A DNA stretch of 64,000 nt from Candidatus Hadarchaeota archaeon (GCA_964384105.1 CAYLJV010000002.1:100687-164686), one strand, 5' to 3'; positions 1 to 10,075 are shown, counted from the stretch's first letter. Numbers and translations are program-made. The notes: generated by a model not told the origin, from the sequence alone.

Positions 1-1
1 C

Positions 2-103
2 TCAGTTTCAGAATTAGAACCAGGAGACGAAGTTTTAACAAATCTTCAAAAAGGTGGACGTCACTTCGGAGCTCAAGTAGAAGAAACACTCGTTGAAAAG
101 TAA
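2..103 (+). CDS. 3-dehydroquinate synthase II (archaeal AroB'), C-terminal fragment, truncated by window start
   Basis: Manual translation SVSELEPGDEVLTNLQKGGRHFGAQVEETLVEK* matches the DHQS-II C-terminus (GDEVL...GGRHFG..EET..EK); lies upstream of aroD-aroE. Confidence 0.85.
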   Translation, partial: SVSELEPGDEVLTNLQKGGRHFGAQVEETLVEK

Positions 104-287
104 TTCCAAAAACTCCTATTTTCTTTTATTTATCAAAGAAATCCAATCTGGGTTGAGAATTTTTGTTAAATTTAAATATTTGAGTTAAAAAGGTTAAAAC
201 GAACTCGCCCCTCTTAAAGTAAATTCTGTTTAATTAATAGGCGTTAAAATGATTATATCCAAAAACCAGAAATCAGGAGGGGGAAAT

Positions 288-998
288 TTGATCGACTTTG
301 GGAAACTCAAAATCCAGACGCCTGCCGTCTGTGCATCAGTGATCGGAACCGATTTAGACTCCATGAAAGATTCCTTAGAGAAAGCCATCAAAGCAGGAGC
401 CGATATAGTAGAATTAAGATTGGATAGATTAGAAAAAATCAGAGGATGGGAAGAATTACTCAAACACAATATACCAAAAATAGTGACTGTAAGATCAAAA
501 AAAGAAGGTGGATTTTTTGAAGGAAAAGAAAAAGAGCGAATCGAAATCTTGATAGATGCAATAAACAGAGGAGTGGACTGCATCGATATCTCGCTCACGA
601 CACCCCAGATAGAAAAAAAGAATGTTTTAAAAAATGCAAAAAAGGCTGGTTCAAGTATTATACTATCCTTTCACGACTTTGAAAAAACGCCGACTTACGA
701 AGAACTGAAGAAAAAAGCAGAAGAAATGAAAAAAAATGGGGCAGACTTCGCAAAAATAATAGGATTCGCCAGATCACCCGAAGATTCAATCGACATTCTA
801 AAATTCCTTATCTTAGCCCGAAAAGAGGTCGAAATTCCTCTAATAGCCTTTGCAATGGGTGAAGAAGGAAAGTTCACAAGAGTCTCTGCACCTCTTTTAG
901 GTTCACCTTTGACATACTCTTCGGTCGGAGAAAAAGCCGCCCCGGGACAGATGGACGTTGAAGAAGTCATAGAAATACTAGATAAATTTAGAAAATAG
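288..998 (+). CDS. aroD: type I 3-dehydroquinate dehydratase
   Basis: ADIVELRLD, EGG.F.G, SFHDF.KTP, AMGEEG..TR, APGQ motifs; TTG start at 288 after SD AGGAGG (ORF track starts at 249). Confidence 0.95.
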   Translation: MIDFGKLKIQTPAVCASVIGTDLDSMKDSLEKAIKAGADIVELRLDRLEKIRGWEELLKHNIPKIVTVRSKKEGGFFEGKEKERIEILIDAINRGVDCIDISLTTPQIEKKNVLKNAKKAGSSIILSFHDFEKTPTYEELKKKAEEMKKNGADFAKIIGFARSPEDSIDILKFLILARKEVEIPLIAFAMGEEGKFTRVSAPLLGSPLTYSSVGEKAAPGQMDVEEVIEILDKFRK

Positions 999-1052
999 AA
1001 TCAGTTACAAAGGAGTTTTTTACTAATAAGCATATTTTCAACTGGGAATAGG

Positions 1053-1907
1053 ATGATTAAGGGAAGTACAAAAGTTATAGCTTTATTAGGCGACCCAGTA
1101 GAACACAGCATATCTCCCGAAATGCAAAACGCTGCATTGGAAAAGAAAAAACTGGATTTTGTTTATGTGGCTTTTAAAGTACCTGAAAAATACGTCGAAG
1201 AATCGATTAAGGGAATAAAATCCCTCGGTCTCAAAGGAGCGAACGTTACTATCCCTCACAAATCGGCCGTTATGAAATATCTTGACGAACTAGATGAAAT
1301 CTCTCAGAAAATTGGAGCTGTAAACACAATAAATGAAGAAAATGGAAAGCTAAAAGGATACAATACGGACGGAAAAGGAGCTCTTAGAGCTCTAAGACGG
1401 AAAATCGGTGAAATTCGCGGAAAAGAAGTGCTAATACTTGGAGCAGGCGGGGCTGCAAGGGCCATAGCCTTCACACTAATCGAATCAGGAGCCAATTTAA
1501 AAATCTCAAATCGTACAGAAACTAAAGCCAATGATCTCGCGGCGGAATTAAAAGATAAGACTGGAAAATCTGTAACCCAAATACCCCAGAAAAGTAGAGA
1601 ACTAGAAAATTCAATAAAAGAATCAGATATCTTAATCAACTCAACATCAGTAGGGATGCATCCGAAAACCGACGAAACCATAGTAGACTCAGAAATGATG
1701 CATTCAAATCTTACAGTTATGGATATCGTATACAACCCTCTAAAAACGCTATTGCTTCGAGAAGCAGATAAAGCCGGAGCAAAAACAATAAGCGGTATCG
1801 AAATGCTGATCCAGCAAGGTGCAGAATCCTTCGAAATCTGGACAGGTAAGAAAGCCCCAATCAACGTCATGCGAGATTATGCCATCAAAGCTATGGAGAG
1901 AAGATAA
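1053..1907 (+). CDS. aroE: shikimate dehydrogenase
   Basis: HSISP, NVTIPHK, GAVNT, GYNTDG, GAGGAA, DIVYNP motifs. Confidence 0.97.
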   Translation: MIKGSTKVIALLGDPVEHSISPEMQNAALEKKKLDFVYVAFKVPEKYVEESIKGIKSLGLKGANVTIPHKSAVMKYLDELDEISQKIGAVNTINEENGKLKGYNTDGKGALRALRRKIGEIRGKEVLILGAGGAARAIAFTLIESGANLKISNRTETKANDLAAELKDKTGKSVTQIPQKSRELENSIKESDILINSTSVGMHPKTDETIVDSEMMHSNLTVMDIVYNPLKTLLLREADKAGAKTISGIEMLIQQGAESFEIWTGKKAPINVMRDYAIKAMERR

Positions 1908-1908
1908 A

Positions 1909-2769
1909 GTGAAGATAGCAATCTTGGGGGCTGGATCTATGGGTAAGTGGTTTGCGAGATTTGCTAAAGAGAGAAGTTGGGAGATATCCATCTATGATAT
2001 TAATAAGAAAAAAGGAAGAAAAATCTCAAAAGAACTAGGACTGGAATTTTCACCAAATAAAGAAGATGCTGTAGAAAATGCAGACGTAATTTTGATTTCT
2101 GTACCCATAACGGAAACTCCCAAACTGATAAAAGAGGCTTCAGAATCCGTAAAAGAAGGGTCTCTGCTAATAGACATTGCCTCGGTAAAGGAAAGAGCAG
2201 TAGAATCCATGAAAGAAGTGAAAAAAAGAATGGAATTAGTTTCAATACACCCTCTTTTCGGTCCAGGGGCCAAGAATCTGGATAATAAAAATATAATATC
2301 TATTCCTGTAGAAAAAGGAGAAAAATATCAACGATTAAAGAGCGAGTTTTCAGAACTTGGTGCAAAAATAGTAGAAATGGAAGCAGAAAAACATGACAAG
2401 CTTATGGCAGTTATACAATCTCTAACTCACTTCTCCCTCCTGACCCATTTTTCGGCATTCACCTCCATGGACTATAGTGACGAAGCAGAAAAATTTGAAA
2501 CTCCCATATTCAAGAATTTATTCGATCTAACCAAAGCGTTCATGTACGAAAATCCTAAACTCTGTGCGGATATTCAGAGAGAAAACAGATACTCGGAGAT
2601 AGCTAGGAATTCTATAATAGAGGCTTCTAGAAACCTGAATGAGACGTTAGAATCAGGAGATATCAAAAAGATAGAAGAAATTTTCGACGAAGCCAGGGAA
2701 AAGATTGGCCCAGAAAAAATAGAGGCAGCTTATAAAAAAATTTACGCAAAGAAGGGAAATGAAAAATGA
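1909..2769 (+). CDS. tyrA: prephenate dehydrogenase
   Basis: GAGSMG Rossmann motif, DIASVK, HPLFGP, HDKLMA..Q.LTH; probable GTG start at 1909 right after the aroE stop. Confidence 0.92.
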   Translation: MKIAILGAGSMGKWFARFAKERSWEISIYDINKKKGRKISKELGLEFSPNKEDAVENADVILISVPITETPKLIKEASESVKEGSLLIDIASVKERAVESMKEVKKRMELVSIHPLFGPGAKNLDNKNIISIPVEKGEKYQRLKSEFSELGAKIVEMEAEKHDKLMAVIQSLTHFSLLTHFSAFTSMDYSDEAEKFETPIFKNLFDLTKAFMYENPKLCADIQRENRYSEIARNSIIEASRNLNETLESGDIKKIEEIFDEAREKIGPEKIEAAYKKIYAKKGNEK

Positions 2770-3587
2770 AAGTGGGAATATTAGGACCTCGTGGAACTTA
2801 CAGCGAAATAGCAGCTAAAAATTACTTTAAAGAAGAAATAGAGATAGTGACATACTCCTTAATAACAGAAGTAGCAGAGAGTGTTGAAAAAGGAGAAATA
2901 CCCGCAGGTGTAGTACCAGTAGAAAGCCTCAGAGAAGGCTCCGTAGGGGAAACTTTAGATGCGCTAGCGTGGTTGGACGTGAAAATAAAGGCCGAAATAG
3001 TGATAGAAGTAACCCATAATCTATTGGGAACTAAAGGTTCTAAAATAGAAGACATAAGACAAGTTCTATCTCACCCCCAAGCACTGGCTCAATGTAGACA
3101 GTTCCTTCGAAAGAAACTACCCGAAGCTGAGTTAATAAGCGTAAAAAGTACAGCAAAAGCGGCGAAGCAAGTCAGCAAGGTAGAAAAGCCTTTCATGGCA
3201 GCCATAGGATCCCAAGATTTAGCAGATTTATACGATCTAGAAATTATCGAAGAAAACATTCAAATAGGCAAGAAAGATGAAACGAGATTTTTAATCTTGG
3301 GAAAAGAAGATAGCGAACCTACTGGAAAAGACAAAACTTCGATAGTTTTCTATACTCGAAAGGACGAACCAGGAATACTATATAAAATACTAAAAGAATT
3401 CGGAGAAAGAAAAATAAACCTGACAAGAGTGGAATCAAGACCATCGAAAGAGGCTTTAGGAGATTATCTATTTTTTGTCGATTTTGAAGGCCACAGAAAG
3501 GATAATAAGATAAAACAAGCACTTGAAAAAATCAAACCAAAGGTTGCAACTCTCAAGATTATAGGCTCCTATCCTAAGATATTTTGA
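2766..3587 (+). CDS. pheA: prephenate dehydratase with ACT domain
   Basis: LGPRGTYSE, SHPQALAQC, TRF, INLTRVESRPS, YLFFVDFEGH, GSYP. Confidence 0.96.
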   Translation: MKVGILGPRGTYSEIAAKNYFKEEIEIVTYSLITEVAESVEKGEIPAGVVPVESLREGSVGETLDALAWLDVKIKAEIVIEVTHNLLGTKGSKIEDIRQVLSHPQALAQCRQFLRKKLPEAELISVKSTAKAAKQVSKVEKPFMAAIGSQDLADLYDLEIIEENIQIGKKDETRFLILGKEDSEPTGKDKTSIVFYTRKDEPGILYKILKEFGERKINLTRVESRPSKEALGDYLFFVDFEGHRKDNKIKQALEKIKPKVATLKIIGSYPKIF

Positions 3588-3596
3588 GGCTGAAAA

Positions 3597-4397
3597 ATGG
3601 AAAAATCTGAGATAATCGAAGAAGCTCTAAAATTTGATTCAAAAAAAGCCAAGGAAAAAATAGTCGATTTCATCAGGGAAATAGTAAAGAAGGCGGGTGC
3701 CAAAGGGATCGTACTCGGCCTAAGCGGAGGATTAGATTCCTCAACTACAGCATACCTATGCGTTGAAGCGCTCGATAAAGACCGTTTTACAGCTATATTC
3801 ATGCCAGAAGAAGATGTCACTAGAAAACAGAGCGTAAAAGACGCCCACAAGGTAGCCGAAGATCTCGGAATAGAACTAAAAGAGACCGAGATATCCCGCA
3901 TAATAAAAACTTTCGAGAAAGAATTAGACTTCAAAAAAGAGAAAAGGATTGCAACAGCGAATTTAAAGGCCAGAACCCGGATGGTGATAACCTACTACTA
4001 CGCAAATCTATATAACCATCTGGTAGTCGGTGGAAGTAATAAAACAGAAATCAAGGCAGGCTACTTTACAAAATACGGCGACGGAGCCTGTGACTTCAAA
4101 CCTTTAGGATCACTCTACAAAACCCAGGTTAGGGAATTAGCAAGAGAACTAGGTGTTCCCGAAGGAATAATCAAAAAGGAACCCACCGCGGACTTATGGC
4201 GAGGACAAAAGGATGAAGACGAACTGGGACTCCCCTACGACAAGATCGATCGTATATTTATCGGATTAGAAAAAAATTTAGAAATAGAAGAAATCGCTGA
4301 GATCGTCAAAGTGAGTAAATCTAAAGTTCAAGAATTTATCAAACGAGAAAAGAATTCACAACATAAAATTCGGCCGGTACCTATTCCAGACCTATAA
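3597..4397 (+). CDS. nadE: NH3-dependent NAD+ synthetase
   Basis: GLSGGLDSS, NLKARTRM, GYFTKYGDG, YKTQV, PTADLW.GQ.DE. Confidence 0.96.
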   Translation: MEKSEIIEEALKFDSKKAKEKIVDFIREIVKKAGAKGIVLGLSGGLDSSTTAYLCVEALDKDRFTAIFMPEEDVTRKQSVKDAHKVAEDLGIELKETEISRIIKTFEKELDFKKEKRIATANLKARTRMVITYYYANLYNHLVVGGSNKTEIKAGYFTKYGDGACDFKPLGSLYKTQVRELARELGVPEGIIKKEPTADLWRGQKDEDELGLPYDKIDRIFIGLEKNLEIEEIAEIVKVSKSKVQEFIKREKNSQHKIRPVPIPDL

Positions 4398-4404
4398 AAA
4401 ATCA

Positions 4405-5649
4405 CTACTTCTTAACTAGATCCACACATATACCGGCGGCTATCGTTTTACCGCCATGTCTAATAGCGAATCTTCCAAGTTCGGGGATATCGCTGGCTTT
4501 CTCCATAACCATTGGTTTAGTGGGCTTTACCCTGATAACTCCTGCTTCACCTTTTTTCAAGAAGTCTGGATTCTCTTCTATTACTTCTCCTGTTTTAGAG
4601 TTAATTTTTTGAACTATCTCCACTATCTCTCCGGGCACATGCTCTGATTGGCAGTGGAACAATGGGGTAAAACCAGAGGTTATGTAAGTAGGAGTATCCA
4701 GAATGATCACCTTCCCCGTAAATTCCTTTACCACGGTTGGTGGGTCGCTAGGATGGCCCGCCACATCTCCACGCATTATTTGATCCTTAGAAACACCCCT
4801 CACGTTAAATCCTACATTATCACCTGGGCCAGCTTTCTCTATCTCCTCATGATGCATCTCTATAGATTTGACTTTACCCTTCACACCAGCAGGATTGAAG
4901 ATAACCTCATCACCAATCTTCAATGTTCCCGTCTCTATTCGACCTATGGGGACAGTCCCAACCCCCGTAACAGAGTAAACGTCCTGAATAGGTATCCGCA
5001 AAGGTTTATCAACGGGTTTTTCACTCTCTCTCAACTCTTTAAGAGCATCTAAAATCGTGGGTCCACTGTACCAATCTAAATCCTCACTTGGTTCAGCTAC
5101 GTTTTTTCCTTGATAAGCTGAAATAGGAACGAAATGAAAGTCAGAAACACCCCTATAGCCAATATTTTTCAGCAGGGGGATAATATCCTCCCTCAACTTC
5201 TCGTAAACCTCCTGATCGTAATTCACTTTGTCCATTTTATTGATGGCCAATATCAACTGGTCGACTCCTAGAGTATAGGCTAACGCTGCATGTTCTCTGG
5301 TCTGAGGCATTATTCCATCGTCGGCAGCCACTACCAAAATCGCTGCATCTGCCTGACTAGCTCCAGTAATCATATTTTTAACAAAATCTTGATGACCCGG
5401 GGCATCGATAATAGTCAGCATATTCTCGGAGGTTTCTAGCTTTTGATAGGCAACATCGATAGTGAGGCCCCGCTCTCTTTCCTCTTTAAGATGATCGAGG
5501 ACCCAAGCAAACTTGAAAGTATCCGCCTCCTCGGACAGATCCTCTGGTTTTATCACTCCGGTTTCCAGAAGCAACCTTCCCACGAGTGTAGATTTCCCGT
5601 GGTCAACGTGTCCAATTACAGCCAGATTTATGTGAGGTTTATCAGCCAT
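4405..5649 (-). CDS. tuf: translation elongation factor 1-alpha (archaeal EF-Tu), short-helix variant, stand-alone
   Basis: GHVDHGKST, EERERGLTID, DAPGH, NKMD, IQDVYS.TGVGTVP.GR.ETG, PGDNVGFNV. Confidence 0.93.
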   Translation of the reverse strand: MADKPHINLAVIGHVDHGKSTLVGRLLLETGVIKPEDLSEEADTFKFAWVLDHLKEERERGLTIDVAYQKLETSENMLTIIDAPGHQDFVKNMITGASQADAAILVVAADDGIMPQTREHAALAYTLGVDQLILAINKMDKVNYDQEVYEKLREDIIPLLKNIGYRGVSDFHFVPISAYQGKNVAEPSEDLDWYSGPTILDALKELRESEKPVDKPLRIPIQDVYSVTGVGTVPIGRIETGTLKIGDEVIFNPAGVKGKVKSIEMHHEEIEKAGPGDNVGFNVRGVSKDQIMRGDVAGHPSDPPTVVKEFTGKVIILDTPTYITSGFTPLFHCQSEHVPGEIVEIVQKINSKTGEVIEENPDFLKKGEAGVIRVKPTKPMVMEKASDIPELGRFAIRHGGKTIAAGICVDLVKK

Positions 5650-5792
5650 TGAACTCCCTCATTCTATTCATCGACTAGATTTAAGTTCTTTTCATTAAAT
5701 AAGACCTTTCACAAATATTAGAAAAAGAGCATCCCGACCATCTCTTATCCGTATTTATAAACAAAGCTGGAAAATGTAGTTTGGTTTTGAAA

Positions 5793-6554
5793 ATGAAGGA
5801 GATAGAGCCAGACCACCCCCGAGCGGAGTCACTTAGAATAAGAAAGAAAATAGCTGAAGGTTTCAAAAAAGAACTAGTAACTCCCGAAGGGCTATCCGCC
5901 CATGGTCGAGGTGAAGCCTTCGACTATCTGCTTGGAGAGAAAACTACAGAATGGGCAAAAAAAGCAATAAGAGCAGGAGCCGCAAAAATACTCCTAGCAA
6001 AAGAGCCAGTTTTTTCTGTGAATGGAAATGTTGCTGCACTAGTTCCAAAAGAAATAGCAAAACTGGAGAAAATAATCGATGTCAAAATCGAAGTCAACCT
6101 TTTTCATAAATCCAAAAATCGAGCGAAGAGAATAGCAAAGCACCTAAAGAAAAATGGTGTTTCTAAAGTACTAGGTATAGATAAAGAACATTACACCTCG
6201 ATTCCCGAAATAAAAAGTCATAGAAAAACAGTCGATAAGAGAGGTATAAAGAAAGCGGATTTGATTCTGGTACCACTAGAAGATGGAGACCGAAGCGAAG
6301 CACTGAAAAAAATAGGAAAAACGATAGTTACAGTAGACCTAAATCCACTATCTCGAACTGCCAAAGCTGCGGACGTTACAATCGTGGACAACGTAGTCAG
6401 GACACTACCAGCGCTGATCAAAGAAATAAATGAACTAAAAGACTACCCCCGAGAAAAACTTGAAGATATTTATGATAATTTTGATAATGAAAAAAATCTG
6501 AAATCTATGATCAAAAATATACTGAATCGATTAGAGGAACTCTCGGGAGTCTAG
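5793..6554 (+). CDS. archaeal phosphopantothenate synthetase (DUF137)
   Basis: HPRAESL, AHGRGEAFDYLLGE, SVNGN, VPLEDGDR, DLNPLSRT, VDN motifs; ATG at 5793 (track starts at 5781). Confidence 0.93.
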   Translation: MKEIEPDHPRAESLRIRKKIAEGFKKELVTPEGLSAHGRGEAFDYLLGEKTTEWAKKAIRAGAAKILLAKEPVFSVNGNVAALVPKEIAKLEKIIDVKIEVNLFHKSKNRAKRIAKHLKKNGVSKVLGIDKEHYTSIPEIKSHRKTVDKRGIKKADLILVPLEDGDRSEALKKIGKTIVTVDLNPLSRTAKAADVTIVDNVVRTLPALIKEINELKDYPREKLEDIYDNFDNEKNLKSMIKNILNRLEELSGV

Positions 6555-9008
6555 TTAATCTTTTTTGGATTCTCTTATCTCTCTAAGAATTCTAGAAGTC
6601 GTCTCCTTTGGATTTGAAGAATTATAGATAGCACTACCTACAACACATATATCTGCTCCTGCCTTTGCTACTTCCTTAGCAACTCCCTCTTTGATACCAC
6701 CAGCAACCGCTAGTTTAAAATCTCCAGCAATTTTCCTAGCTTCGGCCAGCAGCTTTTTCTTTTCATAAATCCCTCGTCCCTTAAGCTGCTCACTGATTCC
6801 CCTATGAATACAGAAAATAACCCGATCTTCATAGCCCTTCAACTCCTTAACAAGTTCACTCAACTTCTCTAAAGGATCAGAACAATCTATAAAATCTATC
6901 AGAATAGCTCCATCACGCTGGACCGACTCACTCAGGGCTTCTGTTATTTTGTTTTTACCCCCAATTGCCAGAACAGCAGAAATATCTGCGCCAGGCCTAA
7001 AAGCAATCCTAGCCTCTAAACCACCAACATCCATCGTCTTGAGATCAGCCAAAATCAAAGCTTCTGGCGCAACTTCCCGTAAAGGAGGAATAAGATTATC
7101 CACTCCATGTCTTTTAATCGCCGGAGTACCCGCCTCGATTATACGTGCGCCTGCCTCATAAGACTGTTCAGCAATCTCACAGATTGTATCTATGTCAGCA
7201 TCCATATCAAGTGCTACCTGAACTTGAGGATAGTTTATCCTATCTAGAGGACTAACGAACACATCTATTTTCTCAAACTTTTTGGGCTCACATAGAGGAA
7301 CACCCTCTATCGGAACACCATTTTCAGCCCACCCTCTCTCCTCATAATACTTTTTCAGCAAATCACCCAGATCAACCTCAAAACCCTCAGGTAACACATC
7401 TTGATCGTAATCAAATCCCTCTCGAGCATTGAAAAGCCGTTCTAAAGTATAGATCCGAGAACCAATTTCTTTAAGATCCTCATTACTCCACTCAAATCCC
7501 GTCAGAGCAGAAAGAAGATTGGCGATATCGTCGAGTTCATAGTCAATCGTTGAAAAGAGAGCAATCCCATGAAATTTGCAAGCAATCATGCTGTCGTAAA
7601 CCGCATAAGCATCCTGCATTTTTTTGACGAGTTCGGGTTTTCCTTCCTCCTTAGCCGGATCAACGAATTCCGGATTACTAATTATTTCGGGTAAGATCGT
7701 AAAGGCTCGCAAATGGCAACCGCCTCTATTAGAAGTGGCATAAGCGAGGGCTATACCTTTAGCCCCTCTAGGATCATAAGCAGGTATTTCAAGTCCCTTG
7801 ACATGAAAGGCTCTATCTTCTTTTCCAAACTCCTCCGCAGCTTTAGCTACTCCCTTCGAAAAGACTGTCTTTCCTTTTCCAATATCTTTGATAAGCTTCT
7901 TAGCTTCCTTCAAGTCAGAAACTTCGCCTACTTCCCTTGCAAAACCAAGAATGTTCCCTACAGAAATGGTATCCAATCCAAATTCTTCACAAAGTTCTGA
8001 CAGAGGCATGATCTCATTTTCGTAATCGTAGAAACCTGAATTTGGGCCGAGCATAGCAACCGATTCATACTCCGGCCCTTTCGTCTCCCCACTACCAATA
8101 TTCACTATTCGTCCACATCCAGTGGGGCAAGCGAAACACGCCTTCTGATCGGTTAGATACTCTTCATAAACCGTCTCCCCCGAAAAAGGATCTACCTGAT
8201 CAAAATCCAACGGTTCACCCGAAAAATTATCCTTCGGAACCATCCCTGCAGCGGTTATCCTATGTACTAAAAGAGAAGTTCCAAATCTCGAGAGAGTCCC
8301 ATCAGAACCGGTTATAGGATTAGTTTTTACGGTCTGCTTAATCTTTTTTAGAACTTTGTTAAATTCTTCCTCGTGGGATATCTCCAAACTATTATTTCCC
8401 CTAACTACAATAGCCTTCAATTTCTTCGATCCCATCACCGCGCCCAAACCACCTCTACCAGCAGCGCGAGTCTCTGAAAGTAAACATGATACATTGACCA
8501 AATTTTCCCCAGCAGGGCCTATCTCAACCACTCTAGAATTCTTATAAGAATCTCTCAAACGCTTCTCAACATCCGAGGTTTTCTTACCCCAAAGCTCCGA
8601 AGCATCCTTCAAAGAAACATCTCCATCGTCGATAAGTAAATACATCGGGCCCTCCGATTTCCCTTCTATAATAACTCCATCAAAGCCTGCCTTCTTTAGG
8701 TACGCTCCAAAAGACCCACCCATAGAGCAGTCAAAAATCGTTCCAGTTAGAGGAGACTTAGAACATATAGATATCCTACCAGCACCAGGAAAAGTGGTTC
8801 CAGTGAGAGGACCGGTCATGAAAATTAATTTATTTTCTTCAGAAAGAGGATCCACATTAGCCTCTAGTTCATCGTAAAGAACACTACATCCGTATCCTCT
8901 ACCACCCAGATAGTTGTATGCTCTCTTTTCATCCAAATTTTCGACTTCAATTTTCTTATCAGCAAGATTAACTCTCAGAACCTTACCTACATATCCACCT
9001 AGTTTCAT
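6555..9008 (-). CDS. fusion of tungsten aldehyde:ferredoxin oxidoreductase (AOR family) and C-terminal 3-hexulose-6-phosphate synthase (HPS/OMPDC-family) domain
   Basis: AOR: GRGGLGAVMGSK, CFACPTGC, GPEYES, GLDTIS, VKGLEIPAYDPR, RGGCHL, DSMIAC. HPS (about 6555-7230): QVALD, IEAGTP, ADLKTMD, HRG, VAGGI, VVGSAI. One uninterrupted frame; ATG at 9008. Confidence 0.92.
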   Translation of the reverse strand: MKLGGYVGKVLRVNLADKKIEVENLDEKRAYNYLGGRGYGCSVLYDELEANVDPLSEENKLIFMTGPLTGTTFPGAGRISICSKSPLTGTIFDCSMGGSFGAYLKKAGFDGVIIEGKSEGPMYLLIDDGDVSLKDASELWGKKTSDVEKRLRDSYKNSRVVEIGPAGENLVNVSCLLSETRAAGRGGLGAVMGSKKLKAIVVRGNNSLEISHEEEFNKVLKKIKQTVKTNPITGSDGTLSRFGTSLLVHRITAAGMVPKDNFSGEPLDFDQVDPFSGETVYEEYLTDQKACFACPTGCGRIVNIGSGETKGPEYESVAMLGPNSGFYDYENEIMPLSELCEEFGLDTISVGNILGFAREVGEVSDLKEAKKLIKDIGKGKTVFSKGVAKAAEEFGKEDRAFHVKGLEIPAYDPRGAKGIALAYATSNRGGCHLRAFTILPEIISNPEFVDPAKEEGKPELVKKMQDAYAVYDSMIACKFHGIALFSTIDYELDDIANLLSALTGFEWSNEDLKEIGSRIYTLERLFNAREGFDYDQDVLPEGFEVDLGDLLKKYYEERGWAENGVPIEGVPLCEPKKFEKIDVFVSPLDRINYPQVQVALDMDADIDTICEIAEQSYEAGARIIEAGTPAIKRHGVDNLIPPLREVAPEALILADLKTMDVGGLEARIAFRPGADISAVLAIGGKNKITEALSESVQRDGAILIDFIDCSDPLEKLSELVKELKGYEDRVIFCIHRGISEQLKGRGIYEKKKLLAEARKIAGDFKLAVAGGIKEGVAKEVAKAGADICVVGSAIYNSSNPKETTSRILREIRESKKD

Positions 9009-9142
9009 TTGAAGACCATCTCTATTGATAAAATAACCCAATAAATAATTATTATTCTACTAATAAACTCTGAGTCTCTATATTGGCAATACTTTAAGAG
9101 CTGAAAAGAGTTGAGTAAAAAACAGACAAAAGGTTACCCAAA

Positions 9143-9991
9143 ATGAATAAAGATAAGATAACAGTACAAAATTTCCAAAAAATGAAGGAAAATAAAGAAA
9201 AAATCTCAATGTTAACTGCTTACGATTATCCAACAGCAAAGTTAATCGAAGAATCAAATATAGAAGCAGTTTTGGTAGGCGATTCACTGGGAAATATAAT
9301 TCTGGGCTATAAAAACACCCTTCCTGTAACTCTAGAGGACATATTGCATCACACAAAAGCCGTAGCAAGAGGGATAGACCATTCCATGCTAATCGCAGAT
9401 ATGCCTTTTAACTCGTACCAAAGCAGTACAGAAGAGGCTATAAAAAACGCTGGTAAACTCATAAAGGAGGGAAATGCCGAAGCAATCAAGATAGAAGGAG
9501 GAAAAGAATCCCTTAAACAGATAAAAGGAATTTTAGAAACCGGCATCCCTGTAATGGGACATTTAGGCTTAACACCCCAAAAAATACTCCAGTTTGGGGA
9601 ATACAAAGTTCGAGGAAAAACAGGAAAAGAAGCCTATAGGATTTTTGAAGAAGCCAAAATGCTGGAGGAAGCTGGTGTGTTCAGCCTAGTTTTAGAAGCT
9701 ATACCCTGGGAACTAGGAGAAATAATAACCAAAAACCTTGAAATTCCTACTATTGGAATCGGTGCAGGTCCACACTGTGACGGTCAAATATTGGTTCTTC
9801 ATGACATTTTAGGACTTAGCAGTTTTTCTCCAAAATTTGCCAAAAAATACGCAGATTTAAATTCATCAATAAAGAAAGCTGTTAAAAATTTCTCAGAAGA
9901 AGTAAAAGATAAAAAATTCCCAGATTCAAAACACACATACAGTATGAAAGAAGAAGAATTCAAGAAATTTAAAGAATTGATCAAAAAATAG
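9143..9991 (+). CDS. panB: ketopantoate hydroxymethyltransferase
   Basis: MLTAYD, LVGDSLG, ADMPF, KIEGG, GHLGLTPQ, IGIGAG..CDGQILV.HD. Confidence 0.97.
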   Translation: MNKDKITVQNFQKMKENKEKISMLTAYDYPTAKLIEESNIEAVLVGDSLGNIILGYKNTLPVTLEDILHHTKAVARGIDHSMLIADMPFNSYQSSTEEAIKNAGKLIKEGNAEAIKIEGGKESLKQIKGILETGIPVMGHLGLTPQKILQFGEYKVRGKTGKEAYRIFEEAKMLEEAGVFSLVLEAIPWELGEIITKNLEIPTIGIGAGPHCDGQILVLHDILGLSSFSPKFAKKYADLNSSIKKAVKNFSEEVKDKKFPDSKHTYSMKEEEFKKFKELIKK

Positions 9992-10075
9992 GTATTTTTT
10001 AAGTAAATACAAGCTCTAAACAACGAATTTTAAATAAATTCAAGTTCACGTTTAATCTGTACGAATATCCCATTA

